From: Patescibacteria group bacterium
GTDB taxonomy: Bacteria > Patescibacteriota > Patescibacteriia > Patescibacteriales > UBA12465
Assembly (NCBI GenBank): GCA_023229115.1
Contig: JALNZW010000001.1
Span: 70,861-134,860, forward strand
Reading direction: 5' to 3'
DNA: 64,000 bases
Shown: piece after piece, positions 18,394 to 27,376 of the stretch
Position numbering within the stretch: position 1 is the stretch's first letter
Layout: every line of letters starts with the position of its first letter
Notes under the pieces: model-generated
The model's input: the letters and a program-made list of their open reading frames with translations, nothing else
Database searches by the model: none
What the model was told of the DNA's origin: nothing
Program-made: the position numbers and the translations under genes

Positions 18394-18717
18394 ATGGATA
18401 TCAGAATTAAAACAACTAAATTAGAATTAACAGATGATTTAAAGAAATATGTAGGGGAAAAAATGAATATGTTGGAAAAATATTTGGGAGGTGTCAGTAT
18501 TAGTAATTGTGATGTAGAGTTGGAGCATGCCTTAAATAAACAAACTTCCGGTAAAATTTATCGAGCTGAAGTTAATTTGTCTTTACCAGGAACTGTTTTG
18601 AGGGTTGAGAAGATGGAGCCGACAATCAATAAAGCAATTGATAAAGTTAAAGATCATTTAATTTTATCAATTAAGAAGTATAAGGAGAAGAAATTAGACA
18701 AAAAAAGAGACAAATAA
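18394..18717 (+). CDS. hpf: Ribosome hibernation promoting factor / RaiA family
   Basis: 107 aa. MDIRIKTTKLELTDDLKKYVGEKM... is a typical HPF N-terminus. The hpf-secA neighbourhood is common. Confidence 0.85.
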   Translation: MDIRIKTTKLELTDDLKKYVGEKMNMLEKYLGGVSISNCDVELEHALNKQTSGKIYRAEVNLSLPGTVLRVEKMEPTINKAIDKVKDHLILSIKKYKEKKLDKKRDK

Positions 18718-18720
18718 TAA

Positions 18721-18749
18721 TTGACTTTTTTGTTATATTGTGTTATAAT
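18721..18749 (+). promoter_or_regulatory. sigma70-type promoter with extended -10
   Basis: TTGACT (18721-18726), 17-nt spacer, TGtTATAAT (18741-18749). Confidence 0.5.
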
Positions 18750-18756
18750 CAAGCGT

Positions 18757-19112
18757 TATAATTTAGTTCTTTGTGTTAAAGATCCCCGCTTTTTTTAAAA
18801 GCGGCAAAAGCTCTCACTACTCTCTTTAGAGAGGTACGCTATTTATATAAAAAATTAAAACATTTTTTAAATGGAAGTACTTTATAAGGGGGAGCTTTGG
18901 TACCAAGTAAGTGTCAGAGCTTCGTTTTTTAGTATTTTAAAGAGTTCTAACTCCCAAGAAACGGTTTCTATAACCAGAAAAGGGAACGATGGCTCTAATG
19001 AGTATTTGGAAGTGTTAATAAGCGAGCTGACTGAGGCATAATCAGTAGCTTCTCAATGTTTAAACCAGAGGGGGATTTGAAAAAATCCCCCCTAAAAATT
19101 AAAATGAAAATT
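18757..19112 (+). other. Long GC-enriched 5' leader or unassigned ncRNA upstream of secA
   Basis: About 350 nt between the promoter and the conserved SecA N-terminus. Contains a GGGGGATTT/AAATCCCCC hairpin (about 19070-19097) just before the start. I found no match to RNase P, tmRNA or SRP signatures. Confidence 0.3.
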
Positions 19113-21851
19113 ATGGGATTTTGGGATAAAATTTTTGGTGATCCAAATGAAAAAATTATAAAATCTTTACAACCAATTGTTGATCAAATAAATTCTTTTG
19201 AAGATGACTTCAAAAAGAAGACTGACGAAGAGTTGAAGAATTTTAGTTTGGAAATGAAAAAACGTTTGAGTGTTTTAGATAATCAAGAAGAAATTGATTT
19301 TAATAAACAACAAGAAAAACTTAATGAAATATTACCAGAAGCTTTTGCAGCTGTTAGAGAAGCTTCTTCTCGCATATTAGGTCAGAGACATTACAATGTT
19401 CAATTAATTGGTGGTATTGTTTTGCATCGTGGTCAAATTGCTGAAATGAAGACTGGTGAAGGTAAAACTTTAGTAGCTACCTTGCCTTTATATTTAAATG
19501 CTTTATTGGGCAAGGGAGCTCATCTAGTTACGGTTAATGATTACTTGTCTCGAGTAGGTGCTGGTTGGATGTCTCCAGTTTATCATGCTTTGGGATTAAC
19601 TACGGGTGTTATCGTTCATGACTCAGCTTTTGTTTATGATCCAAGCGCTAATGATGAAAACGAGTTTGATCCTCGCTTAAAACCTTTTAGAAAAGTTAGT
19701 CGCAAAGAAGCTTATGATTGTGACATAACTTATGGAACCAATAATGAATTTGGTTTTGATTATTTGAAAGATAATATGGTATCTGATTTGAGTCGAATGG
19801 TTCAAAGAGATTTTTATTATGCTATTGTCGATGAAATTGATTCTATTTTAATTGATGAAGCTCGAACACCTTTAATTATCAGTGCTCCAGCTGAAGGCTC
19901 TAATGATAAGTATGCTCGTTTTGCTGAGTTAGTTAGAAATTTAAAAGAAAATGAGGATTATAATGTTGATGAAAAAATGAGAGCAGCCACCTTAACTGAA
20001 GAAGGTATTTCTAAAATGGAAAAATGGTTAGGTGTTGAAAATATTTATGTAGCCGGGGGAGTTAAGGATGTTCATCATATTGAGCAAGCTTTAAAAGCTC
20101 AGGTTTTATTTAAAAAAGATAAAGATTACGTTGTTAAAGATGGCGAAATTTTAATTGTTGATGAATTTACTGGTCGTTTAATGCCTGGTCGTCGTTATAG
20201 TGAAGGATTGCACCAAGCTATTGAAGCTAAAGAAGGTGTAATTGTTCAAAGAGAATCACAAACTTTAGCGACAGTTACTTTTCAAAATTATTTTAGAATG
20301 TATCCAAAACTTTCTGGTATGACTGGAACAGCTGTAACTGAGGCTGAGGAGTTTTATAAAATTTATAGTTTGGAAACTATAATTATTCCAACCAATAAAC
20401 CTAATATTAGACAAGATGCTCAAGACTTAATTTACCGAACTAAAGAGGGTAAATTCATGGCTGTGATTTCGGAGGTTAAAGAAAGAACTAAAAAGGGTCA
20501 GCCAATTTTGATTGGAACAGTTTCAATTGAAGATAATGAGTTATTGGGAGAAATGATGGAGCGAGAAGGTTTACATCCCAATATTTTAAATGCTAAAAAT
20601 CACTTTAGAGAGGCGGAAATAATTTCTCAAGCTGGTCAACCAGGATCTATAACCATTGCTACTAACATGGCCGGTCGTGGTGTTGATATTATTTTAGGTG
20701 GAAATCCGCCGGTTGGAGAAGATCAAACCAAGGTAAGGGATTTAGGTGGTTTACATGTGATTGGCACTGAAAGACATGAATCTCGTCGTATTGACAATCA
20801 GCTTCGTGGTCGTGCTGGTCGTCAAGGTGATCCTGGTTCTAGTCAATTTTATATTTCAGCTGATGATGATTTAATGAGAATTTTTGGTGGTGATAAGCTA
20901 AAGTCAATTATGAACACTTTGAAATTACCAGAAGACATGCCGATTCAAAATAAACTAGTTTCTGGTTCAATCGAATCAGCTCAAAAAAGAGTTGAGGGCA
21001 ATAATTTTGACTTGCGTAAACACGTGGTTGAATATGATGATGTTATCAATAAACATCGCGAAGCTATTTATAAAAAACGTCGTGAAATATTAAATTCTTA
21101 TAACAATCAAAAAGAAAATTTAGATAAAAAGGGAAGAGTTTTGTCAGAAATTATTTTAGAGATGGTAGAGGATGAAATTTGGCAAACAATTAATTTTCAT
21201 ACTGCTTCAGAAAATAATAAAGACTGGAATTTAAAAGAAATATCCGAAACTATCAATACTATTTTTTCTTTGAGTGGTGAGCAAAAAAATAAAATATTAT
21301 CTTTTATTGAATCCGATGATGGTTCAAAAGATTTAAGAAAAGATTTAAATGATTATTTAGTTTCTTTGGCCCAAGAAAATTATAAGCAGATGTCAGAGGG
21401 TTTTAAAGGTTTGGATATAAATTTTATTGAAATTGAAAAAGGAATACTTCTTCGTTCTATTGATAATTTATGGATTGAGCATTTAGAAACAGTTGATTAT
21501 TTAAGAAGAGGTATTGGTCTTCGTGGTTATGGTCAAAGAGATCCTTTGGTTGAATATAAGAAAGAGGCTTACAGAATGTATCATGAACTTTTAGGTCTTA
21601 TTCAAAAACAAGTAGCTTATTCTATCTTTAAGACTGGTGATGTTAGTAATTTCATAGCCCCAAGTTTAATGGAGAGGGCTAGTAATTTCTCAGCTCCAGC
21701 TAAAGAAATGGCCAAAAGAAGTATAAACAGCACTGGAACTGTTGATTTAGTTAAGGACAAGGTTAAAGATGATGAGGGCAATAAAGTTGGTCGTAATGAT
21801 CTTTGTCCTTGTGGTAGTGGTAAGAAATACAAGAAGTGTTGTGGAGCTTAA
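19113..21851 (+). CDS. secA: Preprotein translocase ATPase SecA
   Basis: Track ORF 19056-21851. The conserved SecA N-terminus MGFWDKIFGDPNEK starts at 19113 (an alternative ATG is at 19104). Walker motifs and a C-terminal zinc finger CPCGSGKKYKKCCG. Confidence 0.95.
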   Translation: MGFWDKIFGDPNEKIIKSLQPIVDQINSFEDDFKKKTDEELKNFSLEMKKRLSVLDNQEEIDFNKQQEKLNEILPEAFAAVREASSRILGQRHYNVQLIGGIVLHRGQIAEMKTGEGKTLVATLPLYLNALLGKGAHLVTVNDYLSRVGAGWMSPVYHALGLTTGVIVHDSAFVYDPSANDENEFDPRLKPFRKVSRKEAYDCDITYGTNNEFGFDYLKDNMVSDLSRMVQRDFYYAIVDEIDSILIDEARTPLIISAPAEGSNDKYARFAELVRNLKENEDYNVDEKMRAATLTEEGISKMEKWLGVENIYVAGGVKDVHHIEQALKAQVLFKKDKDYVVKDGEILIVDEFTGRLMPGRRYSEGLHQAIEAKEGVIVQRESQTLATVTFQNYFRMYPKLSGMTGTAVTEAEEFYKIYSLETIIIPTNKPNIRQDAQDLIYRTKEGKFMAVISEVKERTKKGQPILIGTVSIEDNELLGEMMEREGLHPNILNAKNHFREAEIISQAGQPGSITIATNMAGRGVDIILGGNPPVGEDQTKVRDLGGLHVIGTERHESRRIDNQLRGRAGRQGDPGSSQFYISADDDLMRIFGGDKLKSIMNTLKLPEDMPIQNKLVSGSIESAQKRVEGNNFDLRKHVVEYDDVINKHREAIYKKRREILNSYNNQKENLDKKGRVLSEIILEMVEDEIWQTINFHTASENNKDWNLKEISETINTIFSLSGEQKNKILSFIESDDGSKDLRKDLNDYLVSLAQENYKQMSEGFKGLDINFIEIEKGILLRSIDNLWIEHLETVDYLRRGIGLRGYGQRDPLVEYKKEAYRMYHELLGLIQKQVAYSIFKTGDVSNFIAPSLMERASNFSAPAKEMAKRSINSTGTVDLVKDKVKDDEGNKVGRNDLCPCGSGKKYKKCCGA

Positions 21852-21990
21852 AAGCGCTACGCGCTCACGCTCCAAGGAGCAAAAGTAATCGCGCTCACGC
21901 TCCAAGGAGCAAAAGCTCGCACTCACGCTCCAAGGATTGTAAAAGCGCTACGTGGGAACCTACGTGGCCACACGCCGAAGGCTCACGCTT
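21850..21990. repeat. GC-rich tandem repeat array (28-30-nt unit, about 3 copies plus related flank)
   Basis: GCGCTCACGCTCCAAGGAGCAAAAG(TAATC/CTC) x2, then GCACTCACGCTCCAAGGATTGTAAAAGCGCTACG. AAAAGCGCTACG recurs at 21850 and 21941. A tail, CTACGTGGGAACCTACGTGGCC, follows. Confidence 0.8.
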
Positions 21991-22062
21991 CAGTTCTATA
22001 AATTTTAGCTTAATTTTATCTGCCATTTGTTATATTTATGTCATAATAATTAATTTTGAATT

Positions 22063-22896
22063 ATGACAAAAAAAACTAAAGAAATTTCTCTTTTTGAGGG
22101 AAAGGAAATTAGAAAAATATGGGATGATGATCAAGAAAAATGGTATTTTTCAGTGGTTGATATTGTAAGCGCTTTAGAGGCTAGCAAAGACTCAAGAAAA
22201 TATTGGAATAAATTATCTCAAAGATTGCGGGAAGAGGGTAGTGAGGTGGTGACAAAATGTCACCAACTGAAAATGATGGCTAGCGACGGTAAATATTATT
22301 TGACAGATACAGCTGATACGGAATCAATTTTTCGTATTATTCAATCAATTCCATCTCCAAAAGCTGAGCCGTTTAAACTTTGGTTAGCTAAAGTTGGCTA
22401 TGAAAGAGTTGAAGAAACGGAAGATCCGGAAAGAGCGATTCAAAGAGCGATGAACACTTATTTGAAAAAAAGTTATTCAAAAGACTGGGTTAATTTAAGA
22501 TTAAAAAGTATTGAAATCAGGAAAGATTTAACTGAAGAATGGTAAAATAGGGACGTGAAGACTGGTGATAAATTTGCTGTTTTAACTGATGATATTACTT
22601 TTGCCTGGGCCGGATTAAGAACTAAAGAATATAAAAAAATTAAAAATTTAAAGAAAGAAAGTTTGAGAGATAACATGACTAATTTGGAATTAGTTTTAAA
22701 TATGTTAGCTGAAGCTTCAACCACTGAGATTTCTAAAAAAGTTGAACCAAAAAATTTTAAAGAAAATAGAAAAGTTGCTAAAAAGGGTGGTGGTGTAGCC
22801 AAAAAAGCAAAGAATGAATTAGAAAAACAAACAGGAAAATCAGTCATTTCAAAAAATAATTTTTTAAATAACAGCAAGAAGGAAATAAAAAAATAG
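22063..22896 (+). pseudogene. Bro-N / DNA-damage-inducible protein D-like gene interrupted by an in-frame TAA
   Basis: ORFs 22063-22545 and 22555-22896 are in the same frame, separated only by TAA at 22543-22545 (..LTEEW*NRDVKTGDKFAVLT..). The N-terminal part has a Bro-N-like pattern (FEGKEIRKIWDDDQEKWYFSVVDIVSAL). Confidence 0.6.
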
Positions 22897-23041
22897 AGTT
22901 CTTCTAATGTTTTTAAAATAATATGAATAGAGAAGTTTTTGAGAGAGAAATCGCAATGTGTAAAGAATTATCAAACTATCTTGAAAACTTTTTTCAGAAA
23001 TTATATAATTTTTAGGTAATATAATTAATTTTTATAAAATT

Positions 23042-23482
23042 ATGCAACAGACAAAAAAAATTTATCGGTCACAAGATGATCGCATAATATTTGGCGTTTG
23101 TGGAGGTATCGCCAAGTATTTTGAAGTAGACGCTTTAATAGTGCGTTTAATCTTTTTAGCTTTAGTTTTTGGTGGAGGCTCAGGACTTATAATTTATTTA
23201 ATTTGTACTCTTTTAATCCCAACAGAAGGTAAAAAAAATAATAATAACTTTATTAACGAAGAGAAGGCTGAAGAATTTGTCGAAAAAATAGGCGAGAAAA
23301 TAAAAGACTTAGGTTCAGAAACAAAAAGAAGTGATTGGAGATTTTTATTAGGAATAATTTTTGTTTTGTTTGGTTTTATTTTTCTAGTAGATAATATTTT
23401 TGATTTAAGAAATATTTGGGCTAATTTTTGGCCAATATTTCTAGTTTTAATTGGTTTAATGATTCTATTTAAAAGAAAATAG
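23042..23482 (+). CDS. PspC domain-containing membrane protein
   Basis: 146 aa. IYRSQDDRIIFGVCGGIAKYFEVDALIVRLIFL is the PspC signature. Confidence 0.8.
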   Translation: MQQTKKIYRSQDDRIIFGVCGGIAKYFEVDALIVRLIFLALVFGGGSGLIIYLICTLLIPTEGKKNNNNFINEEKAEEFVEKIGEKIKDLGSETKRSDWRFLLGIIFVLFGFIFLVDNIFDLRNIWANFWPIFLVLIGLMILFKRK

Positions 23483-23510
23483 AATAATTTTATAATTAAT
23501 TCATAAAAAT

Positions 23511-24110
23511 ATGGAAAATAAATATGGACAACAAACAGAAGAATTAAAAGACAAAGTGGAGAAGGTGGAAGAAGTTAAAAAAGAAGAAAAGAGGGAAGAG
23601 AAAAAAGAAGAATCAAAAGAAGATAATAAAAATAATCCTAGAAGAAATCACGAAAAAATTGGTTTTAAATCTTTTTTTGGTTTAATAATTATTTTATTAG
23701 GCCTTTTCTATTTAGGTAGAAATATGGGTTGGTGGAATTTTTATTTTGATCAAGCTATTTTTTGGCCATTAGTTTTAATGATGATTGGTCTTTTAATAAT
23801 TGGTAATCATCTTATTCTGAGATGGTTATTAGTAATGATTTCTATTTTTGTAGCCGTTGTTTTAATTTCATCTTTATTCTTTTATGCTAAAGATAGTAGG
23901 AAAATAGAAAAAGGACCAATAAATCAAGTAGAAAATAGTGTTTACCAAACTAGCGTTTACCAAAGTAGTCGAGGTGACTATAATACTTATTTTTTTGGTG
24001 ATTTAAATCGATCAGAAGTAGAACAAAAAATTAACTCAATTTTAGATTATATTTACAGATCAAATCCTGGTGACAAAGAGTATGTAGAGGTAAAAATAGA
24101 TAAAAAATAA
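23511..24110 (+). CDS. Membrane protein with Lys/Glu-rich N-terminus
   Basis: 199 aa. KE-rich first 45 aa, then 3-4 TM segments. No confident family. Confidence 0.6.
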   Translation: MENKYGQQTEELKDKVEKVEEVKKEEKREEKKEESKEDNKNNPRRNHEKIGFKSFFGLIIILLGLFYLGRNMGWWNFYFDQAIFWPLVLMMIGLLIIGNHLILRWLLVMISIFVAVVLISSLFFYAKDSRKIEKGPINQVENSVYQTSVYQSSRGDYNTYFFGDLNRSEVEQKINSILDYIYRSNPGDKEYVEVKIDKK

Positions 24111-24117
24111 ACTAAAT

Positions 24118-25227
24118 ATGAAAATATTGTATTTGATAACCAAGTCTGAAGTTGGTGGGGCACAAATCTTTGTGTCTAATTTAAGCCGAAAAATTTCTAA
24201 CTTAGGTCATCAAATAACAATTGCTTCTGGCGAAAAAGGTTATCTGTCTGATTTTGCTCAAGAAAATAAAATAGATTTTAGATTAGTAAAAGGATTGGAA
24301 AAAAGCTCCAATCCTTTTAATATTATTAAGTTTTTATTCAATTTTTATCGTTTACTTCGAGAAATTAAGCCCGATGTAGTTCATTTAAACAGTTCTAACG
24401 CCTTGTTAGGTGCCTTTGTGTCTAAAATAGCGAATATGGGCGTTAAAAATGTTTTTACGGTTCATGGACTATCTGTTTTAGATAGTAATTACAAGACTAA
24501 CATCATAAAAGGGGCTATATTTAGACTATTTTTTAAGTTTGGCTTCTTTTTTGTGGATGACTTGGTATTTGTTAGCCAAAAAAACCTTGATTTTGCCTTG
24601 AGTCAAAAGATAGTAAAATCAGCTGAATTAATATATAATGGAGTTGAAACTAATTTTTTAAGTCGAGAAGATGCTCGAAAATTTGCTCTAAATAAGGCTA
24701 AAATTGAGGATAATGATTGTTTTTTGATAGGATCTATTGGAAGATTGGCTTATCCTAAGAATTATGAGTTTTTAATAACTAATTTTGCTAAAATATTAGA
24801 AATTAAGCCTAATTCTAGACTAATTCTTATTGGTGAGGGCCCAGAAAGGGAGAAGTATCAGAAAATAGCCGAAAGTTTCCCGGGAAAGATTCATTTTTTA
24901 GGTCAAATTGAGGGAGCCAGTCAGTATTTGAAAGCTTTGGACTTGTTTGTTCTGCCGTCAATTTATGAGGGTCTATCTCTTTCTTTAATTGAAGCTTATA
25001 TGTCTGGTATAAAAATTGTGGCTAGCGATGTCGGTGGCAACAGTGAAGTGATAGGTAGTGAAAACTGCTACAAATTGAATGATATTGATGATTTTATTAA
25101 TATTTTTAAGAAGAATATAATTACTGAACAAAAAAGTTGCACAGATATAAACAAAAGAAATTTAGATAAGGCTAGATTTTCTTTAGATAAAATGACTGAA
25201 AAATATCTAAAAATCTACAATAATTAA
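24118..25227 (+). CDS. Glycosyltransferase family 4
   Basis: 369 aa. GT-B/GT4 pattern with N-terminal [10 protein letters not shown] and C-terminal [19 protein letters not shown] (EX7E region). Confidence 0.85.
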   Translation: MKILYLITKSEVGGAQIFVSNLSRKISNLGHQITIASGEKGYLSDFAQENKIDFRLVKGLEKSSNPFNIIKFLFNFYRLLREIKPDVVHLNSSNALLGAFVSKIANMGVKNVFTVHGLSVLDSNYKTNIIKGAIFRLFFKFGFFFVDDLVFVSQKNLDFALSQKIVKSAELIYNGVETNFLSREDARKFALNKAKIEDNDCFLIGSIGRLAYPKNYEFLITNFAKILEIKPNSRLILIGEGPEREKYQKIAESFPGKIHFLGQIEGASQYLKALDLFVLPSIYEGLSLSLIEAYMSGIKIVASDVGGNSEVIGSENCYKLNDIDDFINIFKKNIITEQKSCTDINKRNLDKARFSLDKMTEKYLKIYNN

Positions 25228-25249
25228 ACTATTTATTTATAATAATTTT

Positions 25250-26191
25250 ATGAGAATTTTAGTTACAGGTGGTTCGGGCTTTATTGGCTCGTTTTTATGT
25301 GAAAAATTGCTATCTGAAGGACATCAGGTTGTGTGTTTAGATAATCTTTTTACTGGAAACCAAGAAAATATTGATTATTTGAAGGCTAATCCTAATTTTA
25401 GCTTTGTTTTGCATGATATTATAGAGCCTTTCTATAGTGAGGAAAAGATTGACCAGATATATAATCTGGCTTGCCCAGCTTCTCCTGTTCATTATCAGAA
25501 GAATCCAGTCAGAACTATTAAGGCTAATACTATTGGTGTTATTAATATGTTGGGCCTAGCCAGAGCTCATCAGGCTAGAATACTACAAGCTTCAACCAGT
25601 GAAGTTTATGGCGATCCAGAAGTTAGTCCGCAAGATGAGACTTATCGGGGGGCAGTTAACACTATTGGTCCTAGGGCTTGTTATGATGAAGGCAAAAGAT
25701 GTGCCGAAACCTTATTTTGTGATTATAAAAGAATGCATGGCTTAGATGTTCGGATTATTAGAATTTTTAATACTTATGGCCCTAAAATGGCTTTAAATGA
25801 TGGTCGAGTGATGTCTAATTTTATCGTTCAGGCTTTAAAAGGCGAGGATATAACAATTTACGGTGATGGTAATCAAACTAGAAGTTTTTGTTATGTTAGT
25901 GATTTAGTGGATGGTATGATTAAAATGATGAATTCTGATTTTTCTGGTCCAGTTAATTTGGGCAATCCTAATGAAATTACTATCAAAACCTTGGCTGAGA
26001 GGATAATTGAGAAATTAAATAGCAAAAGTAAGTTGATATTTATGAATTTACCAGAAGATGATCCTAAACAGCGTTGTCCTGATATTTCTCTAGCTAAGAG
26101 TAAATTAAATTGGGAACCGAAGGTTTACTTGGATGAGGGTTTAAACTATATATCTGATTTTTTTAAGAAAAAAATAGAAAATATTGTTTAA
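25250..26191 (+). CDS. UDP-glucuronate decarboxylase (UDP-xylose synthase), SDR family
   Basis: 313 aa. [51 protein letters not shown] and [11 protein letters not shown] are characteristic UXS blocks. Confidence 0.9.
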   Translation: MRILVTGGSGFIGSFLCEKLLSEGHQVVCLDNLFTGNQENIDYLKANPNFSFVLHDIIEPFYSEEKIDQIYNLACPASPVHYQKNPVRTIKANTIGVINMLGLARAHQARILQASTSEVYGDPEVSPQDETYRGAVNTIGPRACYDEGKRCAETLFCDYKRMHGLDVRIIRIFNTYGPKMALNDGRVMSNFIVQALKGEDITIYGDGNQTRSFCYVSDLVDGMIKMMNSDFSGPVNLGNPNEITIKTLAERIIEKLNSKSKLIFMNLPEDDPKQRCPDISLAKSKLNWEPKVYLDEGLNYISDFFKKKIENIV

Positions 26192-26208
26192 TTTTTTGCG
26201 ATTTTTTA

Positions 26209-26238
26209 TTTGACATATATTTTTAAATATTATATAAT
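26209..26238 (+). promoter_or_regulatory. sigma70-type promoter
   Basis: TTGACA (26209-26214), 18-nt spacer, TATAAT (26233-26238). Confidence 0.45.
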
Positions 26239-26273
26239 AAACATATACTAAACAAGTATAATAAATATTATAT

Positions 26274-26324
26274 ATAAGCTTTTAAGCTTATGAAATTATA
26301 TAAAAAATAAGCTTTTAAGCTTAT
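26274..26324 (+). promoter_or_regulatory. Twin palindromic operator-like sites
   Basis: ATAAGCTT-TT-AAGCTTAT occurs at 26274-26291 and again at 26307-26324, 33 bp apart. The second copy overlaps the ATG at 26323. Confidence 0.5.
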
Positions 26325-26787
26325 GAAAAAAAATATAAATAAATTACAATTAGAGCAATTAGATAGAAAAATAAAGGCTTTTAATAGATTGAATAATGTT
26401 GGCCAACCTGTAGAGGGATGGATTCGCTCTATTCGTGTTGCTTTGGGTATGTCGCTGGAGCAGCTATCCAAGATTTTGGGTGTAAAACCCCAAAGTCTTA
26501 TTAAGGTTGAACAAAGAGAAAAGGAGGGGGTGGTTAATATTAAAACACTTAAACAAATTTCTGAAGTCTTGGGCTTAAAATTTGTTTATGGTTTTTCTGC
26601 TCCCAAGAGTAGTTTAGAAAAAATTGTTAAAAAAAGAGCCCATGATGTTGCCAAAGGTATAGTTTTAAGAAGTGATAAAAATATGCGACTAGAGGGTCAA
26701 GGTAATTCTCGTCTTAGAATCAAGAAAGCAATCAAAGAAAGAGCCGATAAAATTATAGCTAATCAAGAAAAAATACTATGGGATTAG
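26323..26787 (+). CDS. HTH protein resembling 'mobile mystery protein A' (putative antitoxin/regulator)
   Basis: 154 aa. PVEGWIRSIRVALGMSLEQLSKILGVKPQSLIKVEQRE is an XRE-type HTH. It overlaps the downstream Fic gene by 10 nt. Confidence 0.7.
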   Translation: MKKNINKLQLEQLDRKIKAFNRLNNVGQPVEGWIRSIRVALGMSLEQLSKILGVKPQSLIKVEQREKEGVVNIKTLKQISEVLGLKFVYGFSAPKSSLEKIVKKRAHDVAKGIVLRSDKNMRLEGQGNSRLRIKKAIKERADKIIANQEKILWD

Positions 26788-27374
26788 TTTTTAATTATTT
26801 AGAAGGGGAGACCCCACTAGACACTGGTGCTTTGAGTGGTTTGCGTATAGGTACTATTAGCAATAAGAGAGAATTGGACGAATTTGAACAGCAGAACATT
26901 GAATCGGCTATTTTATATTTTTCTAGAAAAAAGATTAATTTAAACAATTTTTTGTCTGAAGATTTTGTAAAATTATTGCACTTAAAAATGTTTGGCGATG
27001 TTTGGTCTTGGGCTGGTAAGTTACGCAAATCAAATACAAATATTGGAGTTGATTGGGCTGTGATTTCGGTTGAATTAAAAAAGCTTTTAGACGATTGTTT
27101 ATACTGGATTAAAAATAATGTATTTGTTGATGAAGAAATAGCCATTAGATTAAAACATCGAATTGTAGCAATTCATCCTTTTAGTAATGGTAACGGTCGT
27201 CATTCTAGATTATTAGCTGATTTAATAATGGAAAAAATTTTTAAAAAGAAACATTTTTCTTGGGGATCTGATAATTTGTATAAAGAAAACAAGGCCAGAA
27301 ATGTTTATTTAAAGGCCTTAAGAGAAGCTGATAATAGTTATTACGAAGATTTAATAAGTTTTGCTAGGTCTTAA
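26778..27374 (+). CDS. Fic/DOC family protein ('mobile mystery protein B'-like)
   Basis: 198 aa. Canonical Fic motif HPFSNGNGRHSR. Confidence 0.85.
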   Translation: MGLVFNYLEGETPLDTGALSGLRIGTISNKRELDEFEQQNIESAILYFSRKKINLNNFLSEDFVKLLHLKMFGDVWSWAGKLRKSNTNIGVDWAVISVELKKLLDDCLYWIKNNVFVDEEIAIRLKHRIVAIHPFSNGNGRHSRLLADLIMEKIFKKKHFSWGSDNLYKENKARNVYLKALREADNSYYEDLISFARS

Positions 27375-27376
27375 TT

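Noticed and set aside
19056-19112. N-terminally extended SecA start (MFKPEGDLKKSPLKIKMKIM...).
   Set aside because: The conserved SecA N-terminus begins at MGFWDKIFG (19113). The extension reads through a strong GGGGGATTT/AAATCCCCC hairpin and is not SecA-like.
21850-21990. Possible CRISPR array (also considered for 16343-16562).
   Set aside because: There are only about 3 contiguous repeat units with no unique spacers between them, and no cas genes in the window. The 16.3-kb case is a simple tandem duplication.
21836-22066. 76-aa + strand ORF (MLWSLKALRAHAPRSKSNRAHAPRSKS...).
   Set aside because: It is generated by reading through the GC-rich tandem repeat, which gives a periodic RAHAPRSKS peptide. 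It overlaps the secA stop and has no start context. I treat it as a repeat element, not a gene.
22923-23015. 30-aa ORF (MNREVFEREIAMCKELSNYLENFFQKLYNF).
   Set aside because: It is too short to support and has no RBS or recognisable family. It may be a gene remnant, but I cannot substantiate that.
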